A stretch of DNA of 62,710 nt, the filler included, from Globobulimina sp. (lineage: Eukaryota), in the NCBI GenBank assembly GCA_003354225.1. It is 12 parts of 12 records of this genome, joined end to end, with 100 filler letters (N's around TTAATTAATTAA, not from the genome) between each part and the next. Parts side by side here need not be neighbours in the genome. Positions count along the whole stretch, not along the records: positions 1 to 5,144 come from PIVH01000698.1; positions 5,245 to 10,388 come from PIVH01000699.1; positions 10,489 to 15,631 come from PIVH01000700.1; 9 more parts are not named here. One strand, written 5' to 3'. A program made the position numbers and the translations under genes. The notes under the pieces were generated by a model that was not told the origin of the DNA, did no database searches, and saw nothing but the letters and a program-made list of their open reading frames with translations. Positions 1 through 12,377 of the stretch are shown here, piece by piece (positions within the stretch are counted from its first letter, which is position 1; each line of letters starts with the position of its first letter).

Positions 1-3000
1 GAAAATGAGCTATGTTTACAAATATTAAAAATATATTTTAACAATGATAACAATGATAAAAATGTTCTAAACCAACAATCATTGCCGCACAAATACAGTG
101 TTTTACATCTTTCCGCTATCAACAATGATAAAAAAGTATGCGAAATGTTATTGGAGTTTGGGGCTGATCCCTTTTTAAAAAATGTCGAAAATGAAACATT
201 TTATGAGACTGCAAAAAAATTAGGACATAACGAAATAAGTCAAATATATAAAGCACAGAAAATACAGAAAATGCAAGAAATACAAGAAATGCAAGGCATA
301 GAAGAGGAAAAAGAAGAAATGCAAATCCAAAGAGGCGAAACGCATCCATCTCCATCAAGAGCATTAAAAAAACGGTTAGCTGAAATAACTTCAAATAGTT
401 ATTATAATGAATATAAATTATATAATCATAAAAATGAGAGAAAGGTAGAAGCAAACACAATAATAATTAATATGAATAATATGGATAATATAAAGTGTAT
501 AGAATATTATTGGAAAGCAATTGTGTGTAATGACTCTGAGATAGTTGGATTATTACTGCAATACAAAAAGATCAATGTCAATTTATTTGTAACAAGCGGG
601 CGTTTTGCGGGTCAGACTGGTTTGCATATTTGTTGTACATTGGGTTATTATGAAACATTGATTGTGTTAATTGCAGAAGAGGCCGACATAAATTGTCAAA
701 GCAAAATAGATTTGGCCACCCCGTTATTATTAGCTGTCAGATTTAATCACATTTCTTGTGTCTCGTATTTATTACAAGATGCTACAAATAACACCAATAA
801 TAATAATAATAATGTGCTTAATGTAAATATTGCCGCATTGGACCAAACTACACCGTTTTATGAAGCATGTTCATCGAATAACATTGAGATTATTAAACTA
901 TTGTTATTGTATTCCAATCACTTAAATATTGCCCAAAAAACAAGGAATAAATCAGCCATTGATATTATAAATGATGAAAAAACATTGATTATTATTGAAC
1001 AAATATTGCGGGAGAAAAAGAATAGAAACAATCAGTTGCATGATGATGATGATGATGATGATAATAATAATAATAAATGGATTACAATGAGTTACGAAGA
1101 GATATCGTCATATCATCCGTATGAATCACAATTGTGTAAATATTGTAATTTAACATTGGCAGAATATGATAGCAATAATATGTTTAATTTTTTTTGGGAT
1201 AAACTTTATTCGAATTTAAATAATCCGACCTTTGTATTTTTGCATGTTTTATGCAAGGAGGGACATTTTGATCTATTAAAATATTTAATTAATAAGATTT
1301 ATGTGGACCGCATCAGTATGGATTATACGTTGGATATAAACTGGATTGTTTTGGATGAAACAAACAAATATCCCATACAATATTTAGTGGAATGGTTTCA
1401 GTTTCACAATAAATTGAAAAAAGATTCCGAATGGATATTAAGTTATATATTGCAGCGAACATTTAATTCGTTGATGTTCAATAAAATTGAAAAGTTTATG
1501 TGGACAAATTGTATCACAAAAACAAATTGTATTTCTTGCAAATGTAATAAAAATATGACCATTGATTGGAATGCAAAAATTAAATCGCATTCAGTCAAAC
1601 CGTATCAAAGCAGTAATGACAATAATCATAATTTGATCATTCAAAAAAAAAGAAAATTAAAAAAAAGCCACTTAAAATTTTTAAATAATGCAATTGTATC
1701 AATGTTTGGATTAAAAAATTGTGAATGGCTTTTAAAATATTTAAATGACGAATTATATGAAAGTTATATAAATAATAAGCCAGAATATATTTGTAAATTA
1801 AACGTTTTTTCAAATTCATCATTTATATTTAATCCAAAAATTTGTTGCGATATTTTAAATATAAATGGTTATTATGATGCAATTCGAAGAAATGAAAGTG
1901 ATAACATTGCAATCGCATCGTATCAATTTAATCATGTTCAGGATATAATTATTTTTATGCTGAATTGGCAGACGTATGAATTTCCGAGGAATGCGTTTGC
2001 CTCTTTGTGCAGTCTAATATTATCGGATGAGATCGAATTGGATTCTTTACAATATTTATTGCACATTTTCAAAAATTTATTATTGTATCCCTCCATTCAT
2101 CCCTTCGTTTGTGATTTAGTATTTATTCAAAAAATGTTATCGAAAATATGTATGGAAATGGAGGAGCATTTATGCCGAGATGGCTCCTCTTTGTCCAAAC
2201 GCAATGAAATCACTATTTTTATAATTGAAGCCACCGCAATTTCCGCAGTTGTAAATTGTTACAAATATCCCACAATAATCAAACAACATTTATTTGATAT
2301 TATATACCCACAATTATCGCATTCAAAATCGCCAATTATACGATTAATGTCTGCCAAATTATTATATAATATTTCATTGCAATTACGAATCAATATTCAC
2401 TCGAAATTGTACAAAAAAGAATTAAATGATGAATTTGGCGAAAATAATCATAATAATCTGCAGCCAGCAATACATGAAATATTTGATGAAAATTTAATAT
2501 TTGATAATATTAATGATATAAATGACGCAGATGAGAGCAGCACCGATGACGAAGAAGAGATATATGGCGATGGTGTCGGTGTCAATGAATTTAAAATGGA
2601 ACAGGTTGAATTGATGCCGATTGCAGCAGCACCAGCACCGGCACATAAAATAGAAATAGAAGAAAAAGAAAAAGAATATTCCAATTTAATATTATTTGAT
2701 TCAAATTCATTGGATACTGCACAAGAAATAGTGCACAGACTCTGTGTGGAAATATGTCAAGAAATAATCGAAAGATTAAATGTTGAAAATGATGTACGAG
2801 TTCGGTCCATATGTTTGCAAACCTTGGCATTATTAATTATTTCAAATATAACACTAATAAATTATATAAATGAATTGCAACTCATTGAATATGACATTTG
2901 GAAAGAAAAAGACTCCGATTCTTGTGTTAATAGTGATTTATATGAAGATATTATTCATTTATTACCACAACAACAAGAAAAAGAAAAAGAAATGGTGCCA

Positions 3001-3846
3001 TCGACAGTTGTTAAGTTACATTCTCGTTCCATAATAATTGATGATGTTGATGGTAGCAGCGGTATTTCGATAAAACCAATTCTGAGTTTAACTGCTTTGC
3101 AGGGCTTAGATAATAAACAGTTATCCAAAGGATTGTCGATAATATCGACAAACTCAAATGAATTGGAGTCAGAGCCACATTATAAACCACAACAACTACA
3201 ACAACCACAACGATCATGTTCTGTATTAAACGATGATGACTATTATCTTGAGGATGAATTTAAGTTTGGCCAACCACAAAAAACAGTAAATCCGTATGAT
3301 CCGGACGCCAAAGAAGGAAATGCTTCGAGATCGCCTTCGCATTCTCCGCCATTGAGACCTGTTATCGGCCAGCATTTATTTCATAAGGACACCAATGGCA
3401 ATTATAATGAAAAAAAAGAAGAAGAGAAATTAAGGCCAATTATTGGTCAACATTTGTTTGATAGAAAAGAAACCCAAACACAAACAAGAAATGATGAGAA
3501 ACAAAAGTATCTAAAAAAAATATCTTCGGAGGGAACAAATGTATTAAAAGCGGAGGATGACAAATTAAGAGAAACAATATTGAGTTCAACCAGTCATACA
3601 ATCGGAGAACAAGCATTTAGTAAAATGTTATCCGTTAATACTTTAAAACAAATATCAGAAAGTAGTGGATCTAAAAAAGTTGAAGATGATGAGACCATAA
3701 TGTTACACCGACAATTTAGTGATATATTAGCTGTACACAATGACAATGACAATCAAGATGAGAAAAATGAATCGGATGATGATGATGATGATGTTTTATT
3801 AAACGACACATATTCTAATAAGATTACAATAGGAAACACTGAATAA
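1..3846 (+). CDS. Ankyrin-repeat protein (5'-truncated) with possible PUL/armadillo-like C-terminal half
   Basis: Frame is open from base 1. Ankyrin motifs: SVLHLSA, QTGLHICCTLG, ATPLLLAVRFN, TPFYEAC. Later LNWQTYEFP and helical repeats are PUL-like (tentative). Confidence 0.8.
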   Translation, partial: ENELCLQILKIYFNNDNNDKNVLNQQSLPHKYSVLHLSAINNDKKVCEMLLEFGADPFLKNVENETFYETAKKLGHNEISQIYKAQKIQKMQEIQEMQGIEEEKEEMQIQRGETHPSPSRALKKRLAEITSNSYYNEYKLYNHKNERKVEANTIIINMNNMDNIKCIEYYWKAIVCNDSEIVGLLLQYKKINVNLFVTSGRFAGQTGLHICCTLGYYETLIVLIAEEADINCQSKIDLATPLLLAVRFNHISCVSYLLQDATNNTNNNNNNVLNVNIAALDQTTPFYEACSSNNIEIIKLLLLYSNHLNIAQKTRNKSAIDIINDEKTLIIIEQILREKKNRNNQLHDDDDDDDNNNNKWITMSYEEISSYHPYESQLCKYCNLTLAEYDSNNMFNFFWDKLYSNLNNPTFVFLHVLCKEGHFDLLKYLINKIYVDRISMDYTLDINWIVLDETNKYPIQYLVEWFQFHNKLKKDSEWILSYILQRTFNSLMFNKIEKFMWTNCITKTNCISCKCNKNMTIDWNAKIKSHSVKPYQSSNDNNHNLIIQKKRKLKKSHLKFLNNAIVSMFGLKNCEWLLKYLNDELYESYINNKPEYICKLNVFSNSSFIFNPKICCDILNINGYYDAIRRNESDNIAIASYQFNHVQDIIIFMLNWQTYEFPRNAFASLCSLILSDEIELDSLQYLLHIFKNLLLYPSIHPFVCDLVFIQKMLSKICMEMEEHLCRDGSSLSKRNEITIFIIEATAISAVVNCYKYPTIIKQHLFDIIYPQLSHSKSPIIRLMSAKLLYNISLQLRINIHSKLYKKELNDEFGENNHNNLQPAIHEIFDENLIFDNINDINDADESSTDDEEEIYGDGVGVNEFKMEQVELMPIAAAPAPAHKIEIEEKEKEYSNLILFDSNSLDTAQEIVHRLCVEICQEIIERLNVENDVRVRSICLQTLALLIISNITLINYINELQLIEYDIWKEKDSDSCVNSDLYEDIIHLLPQQQEKEKEMVPSTVVKLHSRSIIIDDVDGSSGISIKPILSLTALQGLDNKQLSKGLSIISTNSNELESEPHYKPQQLQQPQRSCSVLNDDDYYLEDEFKFGQPQKTVNPYDPDAKEGNASRSPSHSPPLRPVIGQHLFHKDTNGNYNEKKEEEKLRPIIGQHLFDRKETQTQTRNDEKQKYLKKISSEGTNVLKAEDDKLRETILSSTSHTIGEQAFSKMLSVNTLKQISESSGSKKVEDDETIMLHRQFSDILAVHNDNDNQDEKNESDDDDDDVLLNDTYSNKITIGNTE

Positions 3847-4079
3847 CAATGTATCAAAATTGAAAAATTAAATTGTTTCATTATTCTTTGCTGATTTACT
3901 GTTGCGTACAAATTCTTTTTCGTGATCCCATGCCAAAGTTTCATTCCTCTCTGGAAATAAGAGCACATCGATATCAACACTCAAATGTATTTTTTCTGTC
4001 AAGTTTTTAATTTCGACAATGACTGAGTGCATTGCATGTCAGGAGCGTGTATATACTCATTTCTATCCTCTCTAGTGAT

Positions 4080-4227
4080 GACTAGCTCACTTGAAGAAAA
4101 TCTTAATATCAGGGTTCTCACCTCATAGACGACAAATTTTTACCTTTATTGCATAGATTTGTCTCTTCTTTCATATGCTAGAATCCTGGAAAAATCTATC
4201 CTTGCACTGTTGAAAAGTGAGCTAGTC
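4080..4227. repeat. 13-bp inverted repeat, possible MITE-like relic
   Basis: GACTAGCTCACTT (4080-4092) and AAGTGAGCTAGTC (4215-4227); nearby short direct repeats TTCTGTGAAAACCT x2. Confidence 0.4.
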
Positions 4228-4509
4228 CTCATTGAACTCTGTTTCTGTGAAAACCTTTCTGTGAAAACCTTTCAAGTGAAGTATAATTAAATAGAACTCT
4301 GTTTGTTTGCTTTGATTTATAACTAGTTTGGAAATATAGTGTTTGAGGAAAGTGTTTGGAAATATATACTTCTCAACCAAATGTACACAACAACTTATTG
4401 AACCAAGCTCTTTGTTTATATTCTCTTTTTCTGTGACATATATTTATGATTTATTTATTCGTGATAATTATGTTTTTGTTATAACAATCCGATTTATTGA
4501 AAAACGTTG

Positions 4510-5144
4510 TCATGCCAGTAGTTGAGAACCATATTCGTTCCAAACAGATTGTATTTTCAAGTATGACTTCCTTTTGACATAATCATATAACTTTATATCC
4601 CATTCATTCCAATCCACCAATCGTTGGTAGTTTGCATTTGATATCATTTTGTTATATTCTATGAATGAATGCAAATTAATAAACTGCTGAGGAACAGGTA
4701 CTGTTTTTAAAACTAATTGTTTGTTTTTAATAATATTCGTTTTTATATATTCATTTATTATTTTATTTACATAAATATGCGTTCGTTTGTCCTCCAACCA
4801 ATCTGTAATTAATAATAAATCAAATGAATTAATTATTTTCTTTGCATGCTCAAAGCATTGAGAAACATTAAGCTTTGCATTGTCCGTAACTTTACAAAAT
4901 TTATTATCACAACAAAATAAAAATAAATAATAATTATTTAAATAGCATAAATATGGAGGAAGCGAAGATTTGGCACCAAAATTATTATTATTTAATTCAT
5001 ATTTTTCAATTCGATTAAGAAATTCTTCCATTATTATATTACTAAACTTATATTTATATGCGATCCCATTTCTATTTGGCTTTGCTATCCGTTGAAAATA
5101 GTTTTTGTCATTAATTTTTCCATCACCTTCAAAATATTTTAAAT
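4510..5144 (-). CDS. Sulfotransferase (Gal-3-O/Sulfotransfer_2-like), C-terminal part, 5'-truncated
   Basis: AKKIINSFDLLLITDWL and LVDWNEWDIKLYDYVK are typical C-terminal motifs of this family. Confidence 0.6.
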
Positions 5145-5243
5145 NNNNNNNNNNNNNNNNNNNNNNNNNNNNNNNNNNNNNNNNNNNNTTAATTAATTAA
5201 NNNNNNNNNNNNNNNNNNNNNNNNNNNNNNNNNNNNNNNNNNN
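5145..5243. other. Artificial contig spacer (N-TTAATTAATTAA-N)
   Basis: Six-frame stop linker. Equivalent spacers at 10389-10488, 15632-15731, 20868-20967, 26103-26202, 31338-31437, 36572-36671, 41804-41903, 47031-47130, 52258-52357 and 57485-57584. Confidence 0.99.
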
Positions 5244-5776
5244 NTCGATACCAACAACATATTCCTGCCTTTGAATGATCCTTTTATTATTACTCTCAAA
5301 TCGTCCTCGTTTTGCTGTTGAATGTAGCATTTATTGCTGACATCATGGGACTGTTTCGATATTTTGTTGAAATTGAAGATACTCAGCATGGTTTATATTG
5401 AAATTTAACAGGCTGTAAGTAATATTTTTTCTTGCTCTTATTAGTACATCATAGTGACGAATGTTCTTTGTCTTTTTGAGTTTTCATACGGCAATGCAAA
5501 AATAAACCTACAAATCCGTGTAAATGTGTGCATGTAAATATGAACAGACCAGTGGTACAGTCAGGTAACTATACTACTCAAATATGAACACAAGGTCCAC
5601 AATATCGAATCATATAAATTAAAAGTACAGTAGAAATAAGGAATATTAGTATTTTTCAGCGTCATGAAATATTTACATCGACTTATGATTACATCAAACA
5701 TAACTCAAAATTATCATAATTATACCAACAAATTTTTATTAATTTTCAGCATTTTAATAGAACAACAAATCTTAAG

Positions 5777-6010
5777 ATGTCTTCAAAGAGTAATTCCAAA
5801 TCAAGTTCGTCCAAATCAAGTGGTAATGAATACAAAACAAGAACAAATAGCCAAGGTAATACGTATACAGTTTATGGCAAAAACAAATATTATTACAACA
5901 ACAACGATGGAGGAAGATATTACCAGAATGGAAGCACTTCGTTTTATAACAATTCAAGTAAAGGTTATTCTTATTATGAAAATTCAAATGGAGACAGATC
6001 TTATCGCTAA
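5777..6010 (+). CDS. Small Ser/Asn/Tyr-rich protein with YYxNxxG beta-hairpin repeats
   Basis: TNSQGNTY, YYYNNNDGGRYYQNG, YSYYENSNG; resembles a small uncharacterised family I recall from fungi (unverified). Confidence 0.55.
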   Translation: MSSKSNSKSSSSKSSGNEYKTRTNSQGNTYTVYGKNKYYYNNNDGGRYYQNGSTSFYNNSSKGYSYYENSNGDRSYR

Positions 6011-6738
6011 TTGTTAAGTAAATTCTCAATGGAATTGCTAACTGTTAAGTAATGTAATACATATTTATTGTTTTAATTTTTTTAATCAAACTGCATAGCA
6101 CTGTGCTCTATCAATATATGCAGCATATCATTTAAATGACAATACATATCATAAAAGCGGAGTTATATTATTTCTTCCTTTCGACAAAAAAGAATTATAA
6201 TGTGTGATTATGATTATTATAATCATAATAATCAATAGGTTTTTCAATCCATTCAATCTTGACAATAATCGACATGACCGACTGTATCCTCCCTTACACT
6301 TTGGATGTCTCTTAATCCCATCGATTCCGCTGCTTTCAGGCTATAAAACTTCAAACGTTTTTTTCTTAAAGCAGTAAGAAATTATAAGAACGCATTTATG
6401 CAAGGCCTAGGGTACAATGTCAATTCGTCATTTGCCAAGTTCCCTAAATGCTGTTCAAAGTACGAATATTCAGTAATAATTAAAAATATGTCAACAAAAA
6501 CATCAATTTCTAACAAATATCGATGATCGACCTCAGATTTTAAACGCAAACATACACAAATTTGTTTTTGAAAAAATGAAATCTCAGTCATCAATACACA
6601 AACATACAAAACGAAAGAACAACATATTGAATCGCAAAACAAAAACAAAAAAAAGCAACATATTGAATTTGCAAAACAAAAAAAACAGAATTTTGAATAA
6701 ACATTTACCTCTATTTCATATAGTTATATTATTAACAT

Positions 6739-9700
6739 TCAATCTTCATCAGATTCAGATTCATCAACAACTTCCACATTCTCATCAAGAACGACAGCTT
6801 TCTCATTCTCAGCAATATCAATGCTATGCTCCACTGACATTACAGGTTCAAATCCAGGATGTTTACCAATGACAATGTTACTCTCCAAAGGCGCTACAGG
6901 TTTAAATTCGTCATCGCTGCCAATCATAATGTTATCATCCAATGGCACTACAGGTTCAAATTCTGGATCTTTACCAGTTTCATTTGTAACGCCACCTTCA
7001 TTTTCCTGCTGAATTACTTCTAATTCATTTACGTTGGACGCTGCAGGTTTAGGTTCATTATCATATCCAACTTGATATGAAATCACCTCCGATTCAGCAA
7101 ACACTGGCTTATCCACATATGACTGGTACGAAGGCGGTGCATGCTCTGAGGGCGGCGGTGGCTGCGCTGCTGAACCTGCACTAATATTGGAATGCGATCC
7201 CACTCTGTATCTACTGCCCGGTGCATCGTTGTAATTCTGCGGCACCACTAACTCGACCACATTATTGTTGGTATTGCCGTACATCATCTGGCCACCACCA
7301 CCAATATCTCCCTGACCTGTAGTGGTATTTGGCGCATATTCCATCACAATTTCACTGCCATCGTCAGCAGCAACTATTTCATCCTCAAGCTGCGATGGTT
7401 GCCGTTTTGTAACCGGGCCATAAATATAATCCATGCACAAAGACATAAACACGATCACTATGGAAATATAGGCGATGATCGCCAGTGCTCTGGCAATCTT
7501 ATACCAGTCATCAAACAAATTCACACAACCCGCTTCTTTAAAATTGCCATAAGCCTCGCCCAAAAAGCCGCAATTTGTGAAATTATCCAAAATGACATCA
7601 AATTGCTCAAACAGCGGGTCAACCAAACACGAAATGGACGCAATGTCCGACTCTAAGGTCAGCGCAATGGCATACAAGTCGTCGTACGAAGCAAACACAG
7701 ATTCGGTGAATACTTGTTTAACATCGGCGATTTTACTATTTGCTACGTCGGTCAATGCGGTTTGGATCTGTACCGCTGCGGATGCGTTGATAAAGGCTTT
7801 CTGACACGCACCGCCATCATGAATGCTTGTGTTGTACCAATACACTGACATCGATGGAGTAAGATAGCTAAAATTAAACGGAACCACCGGTAAAGTTGGT
7901 TGGGTGCCATTAGCATTCGGCGCTTCATAAGTCGCACAATAATTGAATGAAGGCGGTGTGTACAAATTCAATCTGGTAAAGGGTCTGTTGGCAGCACCGC
8001 AGCCACAATAACTCCCGATGCTGTTTGCGTGGGCAATGAATCCGTCCACTTCACCAACAAACTCACTCACAGACAAGGACTCCATTTCCGTTTGGAAACT
8101 ATCGATATTAGCCCCTTCCAACAAGCCTGTAATATCAATATCTAATACCTCGTCCATTTGAGCTCGCATCGCGTCCCAATCCAAGGTATCGGTTAAATTG
8201 AATAAGTTCAATGGACTGCCGCCATGCCAGCAGGTATTCACCAATGCCATTCCTAAGGCCTCCGGCGAATTTGCGCTGACATTGTCCAACATGGCCAACC
8301 TTCCAATTTGCGATTGTCCTAAATTCTGTTCAAAATCGTCCAAACGTACACATAAATCGCCCCATAATACAGCAAAGAATATAAAGGGCCACGACAATAA
8401 CATTATGGGTATGCCACAACAATACATTGCGCAAAACCATTCGCACTGAAAACGTTACGGAATTAATTAAAATAACGCATTTATAACGAGACAATGCAAC
8501 GAGTACAGTATTCTCCGTTATGATTGTACATGAAACGAATTATGTTTCTGTTGCTGAACACCAATAAGCAGAAACATAATTTGTTTCATGTACATCTTCT
8601 AAATTTAAAGCATTATTTTAATTGCTGTACTACCTTAAAACACCATTTGTTTTTCATCAACACCCCGGCCACCACGAATATTATTAATCCCATTGGAATG
8701 ATAAAAAAAATCTGCGCCGGCTCTTTCCGGTACGTTTGGTCATATTTCGCACCCAAATCAATGTATTCATTTGCTATCGTCTGTATGCTGTTGCTTGTAT
8801 TAATAACATCGTTCAAAGTGTCGAACAGCACTTGGGTCAAATTCTTAATTAGCTCTTTGGCGTCGACTAACTGCCGGGTCTGGTTCATCAAACCATCGAT
8901 GTCGCCCAACTGCGCCCCAATGGAGCTGTTTAACTGCGCCTTCATATCGCGCGCCGTATCCGCGATAGTATTACAATACGGACATTCAACGGTAAAACTC
9001 TGGTCTGGAAAGGAACCGTTTACATTGAACGGATTGACAAATGTACCATTTATACTCACGCCGTTGCTATAATTGCTTTGCACCATCGACAGATCCGCAT
9101 ATAAGCCGTCCATGACACCGCCCACAGAGTCGGTGTTGCGTTCGGCGATGGCAAACACGTCGTTAATTATATCCATCCCAAAGTCAATAATGTATTCTGC
9201 GGTGGGCTCCACTGCTTCGAACCTCTCAATCACTTCGCTGAACAGGTTGTTTATGGCGTATTTGACCGAATTGGTATCCGCGAAAATGTGGTCGTGCATC
9301 TCCGCGTTGTTGACTATGCCCTCGATGCAGGCCCATACGATCAGTATCAAACACGCCACGAGGAAGGCGAACGGCGTCCACTGTCTGCATTTGTCGCCAT
9401 CTTCGCGCGGATCCTTCATCACTCGATGACAGCAGCAACATCTCTTAGCGCATTGGTCGCAGCAACACCAGCACGGAAAACAGAAAAACGTGTAACAAAA
9501 ACACAACAGGTTGGCCATTATGAACGGTATGAGGGCGAAGCCCAACAACGAGGCCAAGTATGGATTGGCGTCCATGCCATCGAACAAGCAGTCGGCTCCG
9601 AAACTGTCGCATTCTGTCTGCGAGAAATTGGGAGTGGCTTTGTAGTCACCGGGACGAAACACGGCCACATCGCGCAACATGGCTTCCGCGCCTTCGCTGC

Positions 9701-10388
9701 TCGCAAAGTCATACTGCGGTCCATTGCCAGCGGGCTCGGGCGCCGCTGTACTGGTTATACTCTCCAATAAGGTCATGCAGACTGAATACTGCGTGTTGCA
9801 ATATCCATCGCGACACTGCCAATTGGAGCTGCAATACGCGGCACACTGCGACACATCGATGCCAGTGCTGCTGTCCCCGGCGCATTTGTCCTTAATTTCT
9901 TTATTGGCGCAGGAAAGCTGCGCATCCAAGCTCAGACAAAAGGATTCCTGTCCGATGTTATCCTCTGAACGGGCATCTGTTGGACGTATGAAGCATTCAC
10001 CGGCTTCGTCGTAGAAATCATATAAAACACTGTTACAATCGCCGTTAGCGGCGCACGTATCGCCTGGAATGCCGTCGGATGGCACTTTGGAGGGACAGGT
10101 ACCGCACGAACGAGGACACCACGAATCGTTTTGTAGATAGGTGTTAATACTGCAAAATGGCGAGATGTCGGTGGTGAAATATTTGGAATCTAAGCGCGTC
10201 AAATATGGACAGGCTGTCATGTTGTTGCCCCATAGCGCATCGCGGCAAATGCTGTACTGATAGTTGAGGGTTATTATCCGCTGCATGATGTCAGTGGTTT
10301 CCATAAAGTCAATGATGATTATATTGGCAAACCACAACTTATTATACAGAGACAGCACCGAATTTAGCTCTGTGTTGGCCGGAGCTGA
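6739..10388 (-). CDS. Prominin/tweety-like 5-TM membrane glycoprotein with Cys-rich ectodomain; intron 8446-8633
   Basis: Two ORFs joined by a GT..CAG intron (KWCFK|CEWFCAM). TM1 is followed by a Cys cluster (CWCCCDQC), then two large loops and NCGFLGEAY..C before TM5. ShK-like WCPRSCGTC near the N-terminus. Confidence 0.7.
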
Positions 10389-10488
10389 NNNNNNNNNNNN
10401 NNNNNNNNNNNNNNNNNNNNNNNNNNNNNNNNTTAATTAATTAANNNNNNNNNNNNNNNNNNNNNNNNNNNNNNNNNNNNNNNNNNNN

Positions 10489-10671
10489 ATCAACCTTACT
10501 ATCTTGCTGTGTCATAGAGATAAGAGGTCTTTTGTTATCCTGTAACAGTTCTGGAACTCTTTCATCTTCTCTCACAGTTTCTGCCAAAGCTGAGGCCAAG
10601 GCAAAAGTAAATCCTGCGTTAACTAGAATTTGAAATAGGCCACTCTTCTGTTCTTCTTTCTCCTGACTCAT
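10489..10671 (-). CDS. Putative head morphogenesis protein (Mu gpF/SPP1 gp7-like), 3'-truncated
   Basis: Overlaps the portal 3' end; ends in MTQQDSKVD, like the T-x-x-D-x-x-V motif that precedes the Cys cluster in gpF-like proteins. Confidence 0.4.
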
Positions 10672-12301
10672 TTTGTAACTTTAATGCCTTTGTAGCTTCA
10701 CCCAATAAACCGATTTTACTCTTGTGCATTTCCTCGTGTGCATGATTCAAACTATCAGAAACTGGCCATGTTTTTTCAGTTGGTGTTACATCTCCACCAG
10801 TACTACTATCATCTCTAAGTATATCTCTAATTCCTAGTTTGTCCATAGCTTTCTCAATATCTACTAAACCTGAATTTACAAGCTGCATCATCATGTTAAA
10901 CTGTGCAGGATCAATCTCAGTCTGTATTACTGGAGTTTCAAAGTTGTGCTCCATTTTAACAGGAATAATAGTAACTTCTGATGGTTCAACATCAAACATT
11001 ATAGCTAGTATTCTGTCATAGAATTGCCTCTCGATAACCTGTTCTAGCATTTCTTGTTCTGGTTCAATCTCAGTTTGTAAGAATGAATCAATTTCTTCTT
11101 TGTTTGCATTTCCTCCTAATCTTCCAGCCTTACCTTTGGCAAACATGAAAGGAGGAATGTTGTTGAATCCTGCAATAGTATCAATACATTGGTTTTCAAT
11201 TAATGATAGTCCTGCAATATCACCAGGATTACTTCCTGATGGGTTTAAGAGTTCTATATTATAAGAAACTGAGATATCCTTTCCTGCGTTGTTAGCTAGG
11301 TCCTGATTAAAATTATCCATTATGGTATTAATTTGTGAGAAATCTTTTCCAGGAACTGTATGCTTGAAAATTAATGGTGTGTGCCATGTGTTAATTGCTG
11401 CTGATTCATAATCCCTACCATAGATAACAAGTAGAACTTTTCCAACATCTACTAAGGGTCTAATATCTGAACGGCCATAGAAATCAGAAAACAGATCTAA
11501 ATTTTTGGATTTGAAAATGTAGATTAATCTGTTGGCATCAAACCTACTGCCATTACTTGTTAGGCCTGTAACTTCAACAGCTACTAATTCAGATGTTTCA
11601 AATGATACAATTGGTCGTCTTAGATATTCTGGTCTGATTAGTCTGAGTGCTTCTGGCATTACGTATTTGCCTGTATCTGGATCACGCTGTTCAGGGAACA
11701 TACCTATTGCAGTTCTGCCTTGTTCTCTTGCAAACATATAGGCATCAAAGATTAGGTCCTTGAGATCCAAAGTTTCACTCATTTTATCTATGAATTTTTT
11801 AATGTCATTTGGTGTAGGATTTACATCTGATTTATCAAAGAATGGGACTGGATCAGGTAATGGTGTATCTTGCCATTTGGCCAATGCCTCTGGTTCTAAC
11901 TCTATATCTCCTCTTGGTAGAATGTCAGTAGTAAATGGCCTGACTACTAATTTTTGGATAATGGTTTGAGCTCTACTAACCCAAGGATTTTCTTCGTTTA
12001 GAATTCTAAATAATTGTCTTAAAGCTGATGGGTAAGGATCTACTGATGGGAATATCTGAAAATTTTTGAAAGGGGAAATTTTCTTTAACCATTTTGTATT
12101 GTTTGTACTTGGCAGGCCCCTTTTTGATTCAGGTCTTATCTGGCCACGTTCAGACCAAGCTGGTATCTGTGCAAATTTCTCTGGTCCTTTCTTCCAAATT
12201 GAATCATCAATGTCTAATTTGTATTCAACATCTCGTACTTTAACGATAGAAATGCCCTCTTGTTGATTGATGTTTTCAGATTCATTCACAAGTTCTGACA
12301 C
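10619..12301 (-). CDS. Phage portal protein
   Basis: 560 aa with portal-like features: NPWVSRAQTII, DAYMFAREQGRTAIG, DFYGRSDI, IAGFNNIPPFMF, N..EEIDSFLQTEIEPEQEMLEQVI. Confidence 0.75.
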   Translation of the reverse strand: MSELVNESENINQQEGISIVKVRDVEYKLDIDDSIWKKGPEKFAQIPAWSERGQIRPESKRGLPSTNNTKWLKKISPFKNFQIFPSVDPYPSALRQLFRILNEENPWVSRAQTIIQKLVVRPFTTDILPRGDIELEPEALAKWQDTPLPDPVPFFDKSDVNPTPNDIKKFIDKMSETLDLKDLIFDAYMFAREQGRTAIGMFPEQRDPDTGKYVMPEALRLIRPEYLRRPIVSFETSELVAVEVTGLTSNGSRFDANRLIYIFKSKNLDLFSDFYGRSDIRPLVDVGKVLLVIYGRDYESAAINTWHTPLIFKHTVPGKDFSQINTIMDNFNQDLANNAGKDISVSYNIELLNPSGSNPGDIAGLSLIENQCIDTIAGFNNIPPFMFAKGKAGRLGGNANKEEIDSFLQTEIEPEQEMLEQVIERQFYDRILAIMFDVEPSEVTIIPVKMEHNFETPVIQTEIDPAQFNMMMQLVNSGLVDIEKAMDKLGIRDILRDDSSTGGDVTPTEKTWPVSDSLNHAHEEMHKSKIGLLGEATKALKLQNESGERRTEEWPISNSS

Positions 12302-12377
12302 AGGTTTACTAAATTTTACAGGAAAATAAACAAACCTAATTTCTTATTAATTTTTTTAAAAAAAAGAAAAAGAGCAA

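Noticed and set aside
8524-10014. Numerous antisense and overlapping ORFs here and over CCT3, the kinase, Dispatched and myosin
   Set aside because: Shadow ORFs of GC-richer real genes; they carry no motifs
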